Below are positions 29,040 through 37,560 of a stretch of 50,006 bases of DNA, in pieces. Position 1 is the stretch's first letter; every line of letters starts with the position of its first letter. A program made the translations under genes and the position numbers. Source of the DNA: a virus (lineage: Duplodnaviria > Caudoviricetes); the IMG/VR virus record IMGVR_UViG_3300012041_000007, positions 1 through 50,006 of that record. One strand, written 5' to 3'. The notes below the pieces were generated by a model, which was given only the letters and a program-made list of their open reading frames with translations, did not search any database and had not been told where the DNA came from.

Positions 29040-29244
29040 TTGTTATCCCCAATAGTTATTTAGTTAAAACGGCCTCTCAGAAATCTTTAGGATTCGGAGG
29101 CAGTAAGGTACTGGTGAAGGGTGCCGATTGGTTTAGACTGTGCTATATGCCTGTCTCAGCCGGGAGAATGGGCAGTCTAGGGTATGCCTTCTGTTACCCA
29201 CTTCCGTTTGTCCATAACTTGTCTTTGTTTGTGGACAATAAATA

Positions 29245-29283
29245 GAAAAAGAGATAAGGGATTATTAGTCCCCTATCTCTTTC
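29245..29283 (-). terminator. Intrinsic terminator after 29304..29870
   Basis: AAAGAGATAGGGGA/TCCCTTATCTCTTT hairpin with T-tract on - strand. Confidence 0.75.
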
Positions 29284-29303
29284 GAGTCTTACTTACTTAC
29301 TGC

Positions 29304-29870
29304 TTACGCAGTCTGCTGTTGTGCAGCCTGATTGGCAGCCTGAGCAGCCTGCTTCTTGAGAAGCATACCCTTAATGAGTTCGGCTGCATCAAGGATTGAA
29401 ACACCAGTTCCACGATTCAACTGGCGAGCAGTACGCTTGAAGACTGTCTTCTGGTCTTCGGACATTTCCATGTCACGAAGGAAATCATCAAGCTCATCCT
29501 TGCTGTATTCCAGATTGTAAGCACGCTCATTGAATCCCTCGGCAAAACAATCCAAGAGAATCTGCTCATCACCATCGACAAGCATCAGAGCATCAGCCAT
29601 TCCATCACCATTGGCATCGAGAATGCCTTCAGTAACAAACTCAGGAACCTCTTCCTGAACAGTGATGAGCTTACCTTCTGCATCCTTACCAAGATTCTTA
29701 CGAATCTCTTTGCCTTCGGCATCGTAAGTCTTGTTACCGGCAGCATCAAGAACAGGAACCGATTCCTTCTCTACTGTCTTAGTAACCCACTTACCGATTG
29801 CCTTGTACTTAATCTCTCGGCTGTTAACACCACGAGTACGCTTCACCATTTCAACCAATTCGATAGCCAT
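29304..29870 (-). CDS. Hypothetical protein with own promoter and terminator (likely abundant)
   Basis: 188 aa; monocistronic layout. Confidence 0.8.
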   Translation of the reverse strand: MAIELVEMVKRTRGVNSREIKYKAIGKWVTKTVEKESVPVLDAAGNKTYDAEGKEIRKNLGKDAEGKLITVQEEVPEFVTEGILDANGDGMADALMLVDGDEQILLDCFAEGFNERAYNLEYSKDELDDFLRDMEMSEDQKTVFKRTARQLNRGTGVSILDAAELIKGMLLKKQAAQAANQAAQQQTA

Positions 29871-29985
29871 TTGTGTTTACCTTTTCCATTCAACTAAAAG
29901 TGTTTGGGGAAATCCCGCACACCGTGTAGTTCTTACGCGGTTCCCGCGGGAATCTCAGGATTGAGAACCCCGCCGGCCTGAACCT

Positions 29986-30034
29986 ATTCTATCATACCTC
30001 ACTAACAAATGTCAACTGTCCTAAGATGGGGACA
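29986..30034 (-). promoter_or_regulatory. Sigma70-type promoter with abutting 18-bp palindromic operator
   Basis: TTGACA-18-TAGAAT with extended TG; TGTCC-N8-GGACA at 30017-30034. Confidence 0.7.
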
Positions 30035-30042
30035 ATCACCTC

Positions 30043-30363
30043 CTAATCGTCTAACTCTTCTAGCACATCAGCAAAGTCATCAAGAGTAGTATTAGAATGT
30101 AAGTCTTCAACCCATTCAATCTCACTCTCGTAAGGACAAAGCTTACAGTATTCTTTGTCCATCAAATCGTAATCTTCTGTCTTAATTACTTTGCAATTCT
30201 GTGTTCGGTATTCGTTATTGTCTTCCTCTCCCTTATAGAGAGTCAATCCCAAATACTTATTGTGACTGCATGGAAAGAGAACCGCGACGGCGTGACCCAA
30301 CCGTCTATTCCTTTTAGACCTGTGAACATGAATCTCTACGATTCTATTTGGTGGTTTCTTCAT
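30043..30363 (-). CDS. Hypothetical protein
   Basis: 106 aa; AAGGA SD. Confidence 0.65.
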   Translation of the reverse strand: MKKPPNRIVEIHVHRSKRNRRLGHAVAVLFPCSHNKYLGLTLYKGEEDNNEYRTQNCKVIKTEDYDLMDKEYCKLCPYESEIEWVEDLHSNTTLDDFADVLEELDD

Positions 30364-30371
30364 ATGCTTCC

Positions 30372-30626
30372 TTAGTGAATGATGTCTTTGAAGTCTAACC
30401 CATGCTCATTCTTAAACTGTTGGATTAGCCTTTCTATTTCCATTAGGTTGGACCTATGGAAATCGTAGTCTCTCTCAGCAATCTCAACCATTGTATCATG
30501 ATTGTCTCTTGACTTTATAATGTCAAGGATTGCTTGACTTTGTGCATCAATTACTTGCTGGTAAAGACGCATCATCTTAATCAGCAAACTGTTTAGATTT
30601 AGAATCACTTCCTGTTCGTCTTTCAA
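30372..30626 (-). CDS. Hypothetical protein
   Basis: GGAGGA-like SD (GGAGGAG on - strand near 30633) before TTG. Confidence 0.55.
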   Translation of the reverse strand: MKDEQEVILNLNSLLIKMMRLYQQVIDAQSQAILDIIKSRDNHDTMVEIAERDYDFHRSNLMEIERLIQQFKNEHGLDFKDIIH

Positions 30627-30807
30627 CTATCTCCTCCAGTAGTTTGATTCGTATTTCAAACTGTTGCTTCATCTTTACGTTCATACGAATGGCAGTCATT
30701 AGTTCTTTTAATGATGAGTCACCCCACAATCTCTTAACTCTTTGAGTAAAGATGTTAACTTCGGCTTCCGTCATTGGAACAATCATGTAGTGTTTGTTCA
30801 TTACCAA
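30577..30807 (-). CDS. Hypothetical protein
   Basis: Coupled to helicase stop (TAATG at 30801). Confidence 0.55.
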   Translation of the reverse strand: MVMNKHYMIVPMTEAEVNIFTQRVKRLWGDSSLKELMTAIRMNVKMKQQFEIRIKLLEEIVERRTGSDSKSKQFAD

Positions 30808-32507
30808 CCCTTTACTGGTTTACTTCTGCCCTTCATCTTGATTGCCTCATAGAGAGCAGTAAGCAATCCTGTTTCATCCCATGCGGCAGACTTACCATCC
30901 ATTGTTTCTTTCATTGACCTACGCTTCACTTCCACTATCTCCGTGAAGTATTCATCAATGGTTCCGCTTGCAATTGGATAGGTAGCATTAACGAAGTATT
31001 TCTTCTGACCAATCCTAACCAATCGACTCTCAGCCTGCTCTTCATTGGCAGGATTCCATTGTCTTTCTGCTAGGATACAATCGTTGCACTGTTCCTGTAA
31101 CCTATCTGTTCCTGTTCCCATTGCCAGTGTCGAACCAACAATGAACTTAATGCCAGGGTTATCAGTAAACTTGGCTACTGTTTCAAACCTTTCTGTTGCA
31201 CCAAGACCAGAGTGAAATCTTAGTGGTGCTTCATAACCTGCATCCTTACAGGTTTGGGAAAGGAGAACATGAATGGCTTGTTGCACATCGTCATGCTGAG
31301 TAAAGATTACCAGCTTGCCATTCGGATTCTCTAACAGAAACTCTTCAGCCAAGTCAACCGTTGGTTGTATCTTGTTAAGACCAACCAAATGTCTCATGAC
31401 TGCGAGCCTAGCAATCAGAACAACAGGGTCTTTCTTTCTAGTCTCTTCCTCCATCTCTCTAATGAATGCTGCCTCTGCTGCCAAGTATGCAGCCTTAAGC
31501 TTTTCATTCTCGAAGTCTACATGGTAGAAGATTCGATTAGCTTTGGTTACTCTCAATCCAATCTCTTCCTTTACCTGTTCTCTGCTACGACGAATGATTA
31601 TGTCCTTTGTGTATTCGGCAAACCGTTCAGGATTCCATAGTCCGGTATGCTTCTCATAACCATTGACAAGCTCGGTCTTTACCCACCGTCTAAGATAATC
31701 TTCTCTTGTCTTAAACTTATCCGGTGCTAGCAAGTGAAGGATTGTATAGTATTCGGCAGCACTATTCTTAATCGGTGTGCCGGATAAGGCTATGATGTTC
31801 TTGCCTTTGGCTATACGTTTCACTTCATCGGTTCTCTTACTATCTCCCTTGATAGCCTGAACCTCATCCATAATGACAGTCTTAAAGGGGAAGTCATAGA
31901 ATGGATTGTCTTTCTTAGTCGTCTCGATTTCGTGACCATACCTACTAGTCAAGACAACCTTCTCCGTTTTACTAAACCTTCGGAGAATGTCATAGGATGC
32001 AATGTAGATATTGAATCCCTCAACTGGTGGAATCTTTCCATCCTCAATAATCTGAGGAATGAAATCGCTATCACCCCAGTTAAGTAATTGAACCAACCAT
32101 TGCACCTTCACATTAGAAGGACTAAGAATCAAAGCCGGGAGAACTAAATCCGGACAGTGTTTCATAGCATACTTCAATGTGCAGATTGCCTGAAGAGTCT
32201 TACCTAATCCCTGCTCATCAGCAATCAGAACCTTAAAGGCATTACGAACGGCAAACTTAATGCCTTCAACTTGAAACGGGTAAGGAGTATCGCCAGTCTT
32301 TCTATTCTTAAAGGCAAAGGCATCCTCAATAGGCTGCATTACCTCTGGCTCTTTAACAAGCTCTTCGATTGTTTCTTGGGCAGTCTTAGGTGCATCCTTT
32401 AGCAAAGGTCTGCTAGCAAGATGCTTACAACCCAATCGAATTAACTTCCTACCAACTTCTTCACCTATCTCTTGCTCGGTCTTGCAGAAGGGACAAATCA
32501 TTGTCAT
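30801..32507 (-). CDS. SNF2-family (HARP-like) helicase/ATPase
   Basis: IADEQGLGKT, MDEVQ, LSGTP, WNP..EEQAESRLVRIGQ. Confidence 0.9.
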   Translation of the reverse strand: MTMICPFCKTEQEIGEEVGRKLIRLGCKHLASRPLLKDAPKTAQETIEELVKEPEVMQPIEDAFAFKNRKTGDTPYPFQVEGIKFAVRNAFKVLIADEQGLGKTLQAICTLKYAMKHCPDLVLPALILSPSNVKVQWLVQLLNWGDSDFIPQIIEDGKIPPVEGFNIYIASYDILRRFSKTEKVVLTSRYGHEIETTKKDNPFYDFPFKTVIMDEVQAIKGDSKRTDEVKRIAKGKNIIALSGTPIKNSAAEYYTILHLLAPDKFKTREDYLRRWVKTELVNGYEKHTGLWNPERFAEYTKDIIIRRSREQVKEEIGLRVTKANRIFYHVDFENEKLKAAYLAAEAAFIREMEEETRKKDPVVLIARLAVMRHLVGLNKIQPTVDLAEEFLLENPNGKLVIFTQHDDVQQAIHVLLSQTCKDAGYEAPLRFHSGLGATERFETVAKFTDNPGIKFIVGSTLAMGTGTDRLQEQCNDCILAERQWNPANEEQAESRLVRIGQKKYFVNATYPIASGTIDEYFTEIVEVKRRSMKETMDGKSAAWDETGLLTALYEAIKMKGRSKPVKGW

Positions 32508-32510
32508 CCC

Positions 32511-33203
32511 TTATTCTCCTTTCTCTCGCTTCTCTTTAGCCAACCTAATCTTTTCTTTAACAGCATCAGCTTTGGCTTTCATTTCTTCCGGTGTCAACTT
32601 CAATGGTTCAACCTTTCTTTCTCCCATTGACATTGCCATTTGTTCTAGTGCTTCGTTAAGAGATTGCTTCTTCTCTTGCTTTTCAGGAGCAACGAAACCA
32701 CCGTTCTGTTCCTTAACCTTTTGGCGCATCTCTTTAATGCTCATACCAAAGAGGTCAGAAATCAAATCGTCTTTTGGTTTCTTCTCTTTCTTACGTGGTT
32801 CACCTTCCCAATTCACCTTAATGTTTGGGTCAGTGATGAGCTTATCCCTGTCTTTCTTAATCCATTCAGGGATTCCATGCCTGCCAGATAACTTATCCCA
32901 TTGCTGGCTAAGCATTGCTCCTTCTCTTTTGCAATAGAACTCTATGTAGAAGACCTCTTTGATTCTTTGCTCAATGTCTTCCTTAGTCATAGACTCTATC
33001 GCAACGGTCTTTTCTTCAAACCATTTGATGTATAGGTCTTTGTCAATGTCGAACTCACCCATTTGTTCTCCTTCCAGACTTAAGTAAAAGTCCCTACACT
33101 TACTGTCACAGAAAACATACCAAATGTTTTCTTGTTTGCGGTTGCAGAAGTTACAGTATCCACTTTGTTTTATCACATAAGTAATAACCTCTATACTGTC
33201 CAC
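32511..33203 (-). CDS. Hypothetical protein, N-terminal Zn finger, charged C-terminus
   Basis: CNFC...FCDSKC; possible internal start at MGEF with GGAG SD. Confidence 0.65.
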   Translation of the reverse strand: MDSIEVITYVIKQSGYCNFCNRKQENIWYVFCDSKCRDFYLSLEGEQMGEFDIDKDLYIKWFEEKTVAIESMTKEDIEQRIKEVFYIEFYCKREGAMLSQQWDKLSGRHGIPEWIKKDRDKLITDPNIKVNWEGEPRKKEKKPKDDLISDLFGMSIKEMRQKVKEQNGGFVAPEKQEKKQSLNEALEQMAMSMGERKVEPLKLTPEEMKAKADAVKEKIRLAKEKREKGE

Positions 33204-33242
33204 AAGAAAAACGGTTCCTTGTGAACAGTAACAAGCTATTAG

Positions 33243-33665
33243 TTACTTGGCTTTCTTAGCACGTTGCATCTTCCTGATTATCTTAGCCAGCTTCTCTTTG
33301 TTCTCTGGTCTTTGAGTCCAATGAGGATAAAGCTTAGTATACTTACGCTTCATCCTTCCCTCTTCCTGTTTCTTATTAGCAGGAGTCCAACGATAAGGAA
33401 CAGGCTTCTCTGTCCACTTCTTCATGAACTCTTCTCTAGTAGGAAACTTATCGAAGAGTTTATCGTAGATGATATGGCTCTTACCTTTAGCCTTCTCATC
33501 AGCCTTATCATTAAATCCTTCACTGAATGTCTTAAGGATTTCATGTTCTATTCTCTGACCTGAAGGTGGAAGGATTGAATCCAATTCATTCAGGTTTGCT
33601 TCGATGTTATCAGCAATCATGCGTAGCTTCTTAATAAACTCTCTCATCATACTAAACCTCTCCAT
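33243..33665 (-). CDS. Hypothetical basic protein
   Basis: HWTQRPEN motif; Lys-rich. Confidence 0.65.
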   Translation of the reverse strand: MERFSMMREFIKKLRMIADNIEANLNELDSILPPSGQRIEHEILKTFSEGFNDKADEKAKGKSHIIYDKLFDKFPTREEFMKKWTEKPVPYRWTPANKKQEEGRMKRKYTKLYPHWTQRPENKEKLAKIIRKMQRAKKAK

Positions 33666-33879
33666 TATCGGGCCACAGTTTGGGTTGCGGTTCTTCTGGC
33701 TTCATTAGTTCTTTGATGCTGAACCCATGCACATCAAATATGTCATACTCATAGTCACTACCTCTGTCTCTGATAATGAACTTGCCATTCTCAAAGATGA
33801 ACCGGCTAACGTTATGGAAGTCTACTGTGCTTCCAGTTCTAAACGTTATCTCTATCCGTCTAATCATGAGGATAGGCAT
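33652..33879 (-). CDS. Hypothetical protein
   Basis: GGAG SD, coupled to upstream stop. Confidence 0.65.
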   Translation of the reverse strand: MPILMIRRIEITFRTGSTVDFHNVSRFIFENGKFIIRDRGSDYEYDIFDVHGFSIKELMKPEEPQPKLWPDNGEV

Positions 33880-34196
33880 TAGTTACTCTCCAAACTAATC
33901 ACATCCTTTAACTCATAGTGATGATTAGCACCATGCTTATTACGGGTCCAAAGGATTACCGTATTGTCTAGGAGTTTGTTAATGGTTACTACATTCTCAT
34001 ACTTAGTAACCATGTCCGGGTCTTGTTTACTTACTATGTAAACGTTCATTGTGTCTGTTCTCAAGAACCTTACCAAAGCATTCTCCATTTCCATTGGCTG
34101 CATTAATGCCTTTGTTCTTTGACAGGTATTGCAATCACAATCACAATGCTGTGGTTCTAGACATACCTTACAGTTTTCGTTTTCGTTTCTTCTCAT
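33879..34196 (-). CDS. Hypothetical protein with Cys-rich N-terminus
   Basis: CKVC...CDCDCNTC; AGAAAGGG SD. Confidence 0.65.
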   Translation of the reverse strand: MRRNENENCKVCLEPQHCDCDCNTCQRTKALMQPMEMENALVRFLRTDTMNVYIVSKQDPDMVTKYENVVTINKLLDNTVILWTRNKHGANHHYELKDVISLESN

Positions 34197-34378
34197 ACCT
34201 TACCCTTTCTGAACCGGGCAATGTTCGCTATGTTATTCTTCCAAGACTGAACGTTATCATTCAGTGGAAGATGCCCATACTTCTCACACTCAGCGCAGCC
34301 GGAACACTTAATCAAGTAACCGGCTGGAGCTTTATCGATTAGACCGTCTAAGAACTGTTTCTTTAGTGCTTCGTCCAT
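34193..34378 (-). CDS. Hypothetical protein
   Basis: 61 aa, tightly packed. Confidence 0.6.
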   Translation of the reverse strand: MDEALKKQFLDGLIDKAPAGYLIKCSGCAECEKYGHLPLNDNVQSWKNNIANIARFRKGKV

Positions 34379-34379
34379 A

Positions 34380-34616
34380 CTAAATCCCTTTCAACCTAAT
34401 CTCTACTTCAATCAAATCCAATGCCCGTTCCAATTCCAAGTTCTTATTGTTGTAGTCATTGGACCAAGTGATTAGAAGTTGCTTGGCAATCTGTAGTTCT
34501 TCGTCAGTTACATTGGCATTGAATGTAACCATATAGTGATTAGCTACTGCTACTAATCTAAAGGCTTTAGCTATTTGTAATGCTCTACTTCTGGTTACTT
34601 CTGGTGTCTCTATCAT
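34380..34616 (-). CDS. Hypothetical protein
   Basis: 78 aa, GAGG SD. Confidence 0.6.
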   Translation of the reverse strand: MIETPEVTRSRALQIAKAFRLVAVANHYMVTFNANVTDEELQIAKQLLITWSNDYNNKNLELERALDLIEVEIRLKGI

Positions 34617-34617
34617 A

Positions 34618-34794
34618 TTAGGTAGTAACCTCTACTGTTAACTCATCGTAACGTGGAACACTACTGAGCTTCTGAACGATTAAGTCTTTGAGATTCTCTA
34701 GTTCAGACTCAATCTCTTCTACTGCTGCGTCTAGCTCTTCGTCTGTCCAATAGCTAGTGGTTTTGATGTTCACTTTCAGTTGATATAGAATCAC
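34618..34794 (-). CDS. 58-aa acidic protein; not in ORF track
   Basis: GTG start overlapping upstream TGA, GAAGG SD; fills gap. Confidence 0.55.
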   Translation of the reverse strand: MILYQLKVNIKTTSYWTDEELDAAVEEIESELENLKDLIVQKLSSVPRYDELTVEVTT

Positions 34795-34970
34795 TGAACC
34801 TTCACCTTCCCTTTCTCATCCATGTAACCAGCCAATGCTGATTGCACGAAGTTAAGAGCACACTGTTTAGTGCAGAATGTAAGCTCATTCATACACTCAT
34901 CACAAGGACATTCCATTACCATATCCTTGCCGCAAGAGTCACACTTCTTTGTTACTTTGTCTTTGTCCAT
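34791..34970 (-). CDS. 59-aa Cys-rich Zn-finger protein; not in ORF track
   Basis: CDSC...CPCDEC...FCTKQC; TAATG coupling to upstream gene. Confidence 0.6.
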   Translation of the reverse strand: MDKDKVTKKCDSCGKDMVMECPCDECMNELTFCTKQCALNFVQSALAGYMDEKGKVKVQ

Positions 34971-35362
34971 TAGCAGCCCATTCTCCTCTCTCTATCGCAC
35001 TCTGCCTGATAAGTATAGTGGTCGTCAATCCAATCCTGAACGTATTTGGTTGACTTCTCGTCAAGTCTATCCCAATCCACTTCAGGTGCTACCCGTTCAC
35101 CATGACATTCATTACAAGGAACGTCATAGACTCCACTAAAGTAGTCTTCCATGAAGTCTGGTCCTTGCTCATCGAAATCCTCTTGAGTAAGACCATTGGA
35201 ATCGATGGCAGGATTAACATGCTTACCCTTACCATCGCACGTTCCACATACCTCATACTTAGCAGGTATCTCCATGTCTTCTGTTTCTGTTTCAATGATT
35301 AGAAGCATTTTCTTCTCATCGAAACGGGAATACCATTTCCTATTCGTTTCTCGTCTGTCCAC
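34970..35362 (-). CDS. Protein with DnaJ-like CxxCxGxG zinc motifs
   Basis: CGTCDGKG and CNECHGER; AGGAGGAG SD. Confidence 0.75.
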   Translation of the reverse strand: MDRRETNRKWYSRFDEKKMLLIIETETEDMEIPAKYEVCGTCDGKGKHVNPAIDSNGLTQEDFDEQGPDFMEDYFSGVYDVPCNECHGERVAPEVDWDRLDEKSTKYVQDWIDDHYTYQAECDRERRMGC

Positions 35363-35450
35363 TTACTCCTCCTAAGGTGTTAGGGAAATGAATAAGATTA
35401 ACATAAGGAAAAGAAATGTAAGAATCATTTCTCCCCATCCTGTTTCTTCT

Positions 35451-35639
35451 TTACTCATAGCTTTTTACTTTCTCTATGATTTCCCAGTTTTCATTGATGA
35501 TTTGGAAATACTTATCGGCATCCTTTAAGTATTTCTTTGCTTTTGTTTCGTTTCCTCTGTCCCTACAGTAAACGGCAGAATCATGAGAATCTCTGAACCA
35601 TTTACAGTAGAACCTTACTAAAGTTTCATGGAACTCCAT
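35451..35639 (-). CDS. Hypothetical protein
   Basis: AAGGAG SD 5 nt before ATG. Confidence 0.65.
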   Translation of the reverse strand: MEFHETLVRFYCKWFRDSHDSAVYCRDRGNETKAKKYLKDADKYFQIINENWEIIEKVKSYE

Positions 35640-35666
35640 AGTAACTCCTTTCTTTTCTATTCCGCG

Positions 35667-36041
35667 TCAGCGCTCCCAATTGCCTTTCATTCTGGCAATC
35701 TGTTCGTCTGGCACATTGTGTTCGCTTTTCCTAAGCGGGCCAGTCATAGTAACTTCCGTTACTGTGTAGTAGTTAGCCTCTGCCAAGTCCAAGTAGTCTT
35801 TCATTTCCCAACGCTTAACGAAGGTGTTTGCTACTGCAATGGTTTGAACTCCGGCAATCATTGCATACTTAACCTTATCCTTACACCAAGCGTGAGCCTC
35901 TGCCAGTTTCTCTCTGTCATACTGATAGGCTCCGTCTTTCTTAAAGAACTCATCAGCCTCACAAACAATGTGAGCAATCTTATTGGCAAAGGTTGTCTTA
36001 CCTGAACCGGGCAATCCACGAATCATGTAGATTTGCCTCAT
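35667..36041 (-). CDS. P-loop kinase (AAA_33 / polynucleotide-kinase-like)
   Basis: IRGLPGSGKTT, CEADEFF, AHAWC, VANTF, HNVP. Confidence 0.85.
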   Translation of the reverse strand: MRQIYMIRGLPGSGKTTFANKIAHIVCEADEFFKKDGAYQYDREKLAEAHAWCKDKVKYAMIAGVQTIAVANTFVKRWEMKDYLDLAEANYYTVTEVTMTGPLRKSEHNVPDEQIARMKGNWER

Positions 36042-36200
36042 ATTCTCTCCTAAGTGAGTGGAAAGCTAATCCCGCTTCTTAATGGGTTTGGAATCCATCA
36101 GATTAAGGTATCTTGCATTAGCCTTCCGACCTAGCAATCCACTCCTTAAACCTTCTCTTAAGAAAGCTTAAGGAGAGGATTGAATCCTTCTCCTTTATTC

Positions 36201-36644
36201 CTATCCAGTCATTGCTGGATTCTTTCTCGGCCACTCTGACTCAAGAGACATGGCCGCGATTGACATTGCCAAATCCCAAACGTGACGGCGTGCCTCTTTG
36301 GGAACGGCAGGCATGTAAAGATAGGAGTGTTGAATCAGCAATTGTGCTTGCTGTTTCACTCTCACATTCTTTACAAGCTGAACATGAAGCTTCGGGAAAG
36401 CGTAACCACCGTGACCTTCGTAGACAGAACAGTTACCCTTGTCTACGTAGGAATGGTCAAACGTTTCCTGAAAGCCATGTCCTTCCAGAAACGTTCTCAC
36501 TAGTGGAGAGTCTTGCACAAAGAAATCGGAATCGGATTTCTCTGTTACTCCACCAAAGAACCTGCTACCTGTGATAAAGAACTCAAAGGTAGAGTCTGCG
36601 AGAAGCTTCTCTAATGGAGAAGCATATGCCTGATTGCAAATCAT
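36201..36644 (-). CDS. Pol-beta-superfamily nucleotidyltransferase (start revised to ATG 36644)
   Basis: FFITGSRFFG...SDSDFFV (GS...DxD); AGAAAGG SD; TGATG coupling. Confidence 0.7.
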   Translation of the reverse strand: MICNQAYASPLEKLLADSTFEFFITGSRFFGGVTEKSDSDFFVQDSPLVRTFLEGHGFQETFDHSYVDKGNCSVYEGHGGYAFPKLHVQLVKNVRVKQQAQLLIQHSYLYMPAVPKEARRHVWDLAMSIAAMSLESEWPRKNPAMTG

Positions 36645-36871
36645 CAGTGTTTCCTTTCTGTTTGACTCTGCTCTTGCACCTTGTGAACGGTCATGGAAAA
36701 CAGAATGATTGCACACATTCTGTGTGAGAGGGAGTGATGGAACCAGTAATTAATCACTGGCCCAAACGATTGTGCAACTGACTCCGGGTCATAGTAGATT
36801 ACCATTTCAGGAACACCAAGGTATTCCATGTAATGATAAACTCTATCTAAGTAGGTGTCGTAAGTCTCCAC
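36644..36871 (-). CDS. Hypothetical protein
   Basis: AAGGAG SD before GTG. Confidence 0.65.
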   Translation of the reverse strand: METYDTYLDRVYHYMEYLGVPEMVIYYDPESVAQSFGPVINYWFHHSLSHRMCAIILFSMTVHKVQEQSQTERKH

Positions 36872-36872
36872 T

Positions 36873-37079
36873 CTACTCCTTTCTGAGATTGACCTGCTTA
36901 AGTCTTTGCAGGAAGTCCCAATCTCTTTCTCTTTCGAGCCTTTGCTTATCAGAGAAGGCTTTCTGTTTCGCTATCTCTTCTCTTTCAAGAGCTTCTCTGT
37001 CAAGCCTAACCTTATACTCTTTCCAAGAATTTCTTCTCTTTAAGAGTTTTGGTTTAGCTTTAAGTGTTTGCTTTTCCAT
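36873..37079 (-). CDS. Small basic/charged protein
   Basis: 68 aa; AGGAG SD located within stem G arm. Confidence 0.6.
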   Translation of the reverse strand: MEKQTLKAKPKLLKRRNSWKEYKVRLDREALEREEIAKQKAFSDKQRLERERDWDFLQRLKQVNLRKE

Positions 37080-37136
37080 AAGTTAGTGTGTTTCTCCTGA
37101 TTTTCGCCATACTCTTTCGAGTATCTCTGGCGCCAG

Positions 37137-37178
37137 TCGGGCCTACCTCGGGCCTACCTCGGGCCTACCCTCGGCCTA
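37137..37178. repeat. Tandem 11-bp repeat TCGGGCCTACC x3 plus partial copy
   Basis: Directly visible, three perfect copies at 37137-37169. Confidence 0.9.
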
Positions 37179-37228
37179 TGGTCTGCCGGCAACCCTATGT
37201 GTAGACTACAGTTAACCCTACCCACAGG

Positions 37229-37276
37229 AGTATAGCATACTCTTAGGGTAGAGTCTACTGTCCCCTTTTGGTGACA
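37229..37276 (-). promoter_or_regulatory. Sigma70-type promoter with abutting 18-bp palindromic operator
   Basis: TAGACT-17-TATACT with extended TG; TGTCC-N8-TGACA at 37259-37276. Confidence 0.7.
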
Positions 37277-37423
37277 GGGTTTTGGGGTGTTTGTAATGTT
37301 GTAGTTGTTTGTGTTCTTTTCTATATATATTTTTTATATATATAAAGAAGAGAACCCCACACCCACCACCATGTAAAACTTACACCCTACCCATTGGGTA
37401 AGAATCTGGCATAGGGATATGGT

Positions 37424-37469
37424 CAGGCATTTTTTGCAGATTCCCTAGGGAAAACGCAGAAAATGCCTG
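37424..37469. repeat. 46-bp near-perfect palindrome centred on TTCCCTAGGGAA
   Basis: CAGGCATTTTTTGC...GCAGAAAATGCCTG. Confidence 0.85.
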
Positions 37470-37560
37470 TTTTGATAGCCCTAAACTAGCCCGAAGGAGA
37501 GCATAACATAGTCAAAGAATGACCAGAAATACTCTTTCGCTTTTGGGCGAAACACACTAA

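Larger units (their letters stand above)
37083..37560 (-). repeat. Stem G: interrupted inverted repeat (37083-37130 / 37523-37560) enclosing the non-coding control region
   Basis: TTAGTGTGTTTC (12/12) and GAGTATYTCTGG (11/12) blocks match in inverted orientation. Confidence 0.7.

Noticed and set aside
37137-37178. CRISPR array
   Set aside because: 11-bp tandem units without spacers; no cas operon. The PD-(D/E)XK nuclease is an ordinary phage recombination exonuclease.
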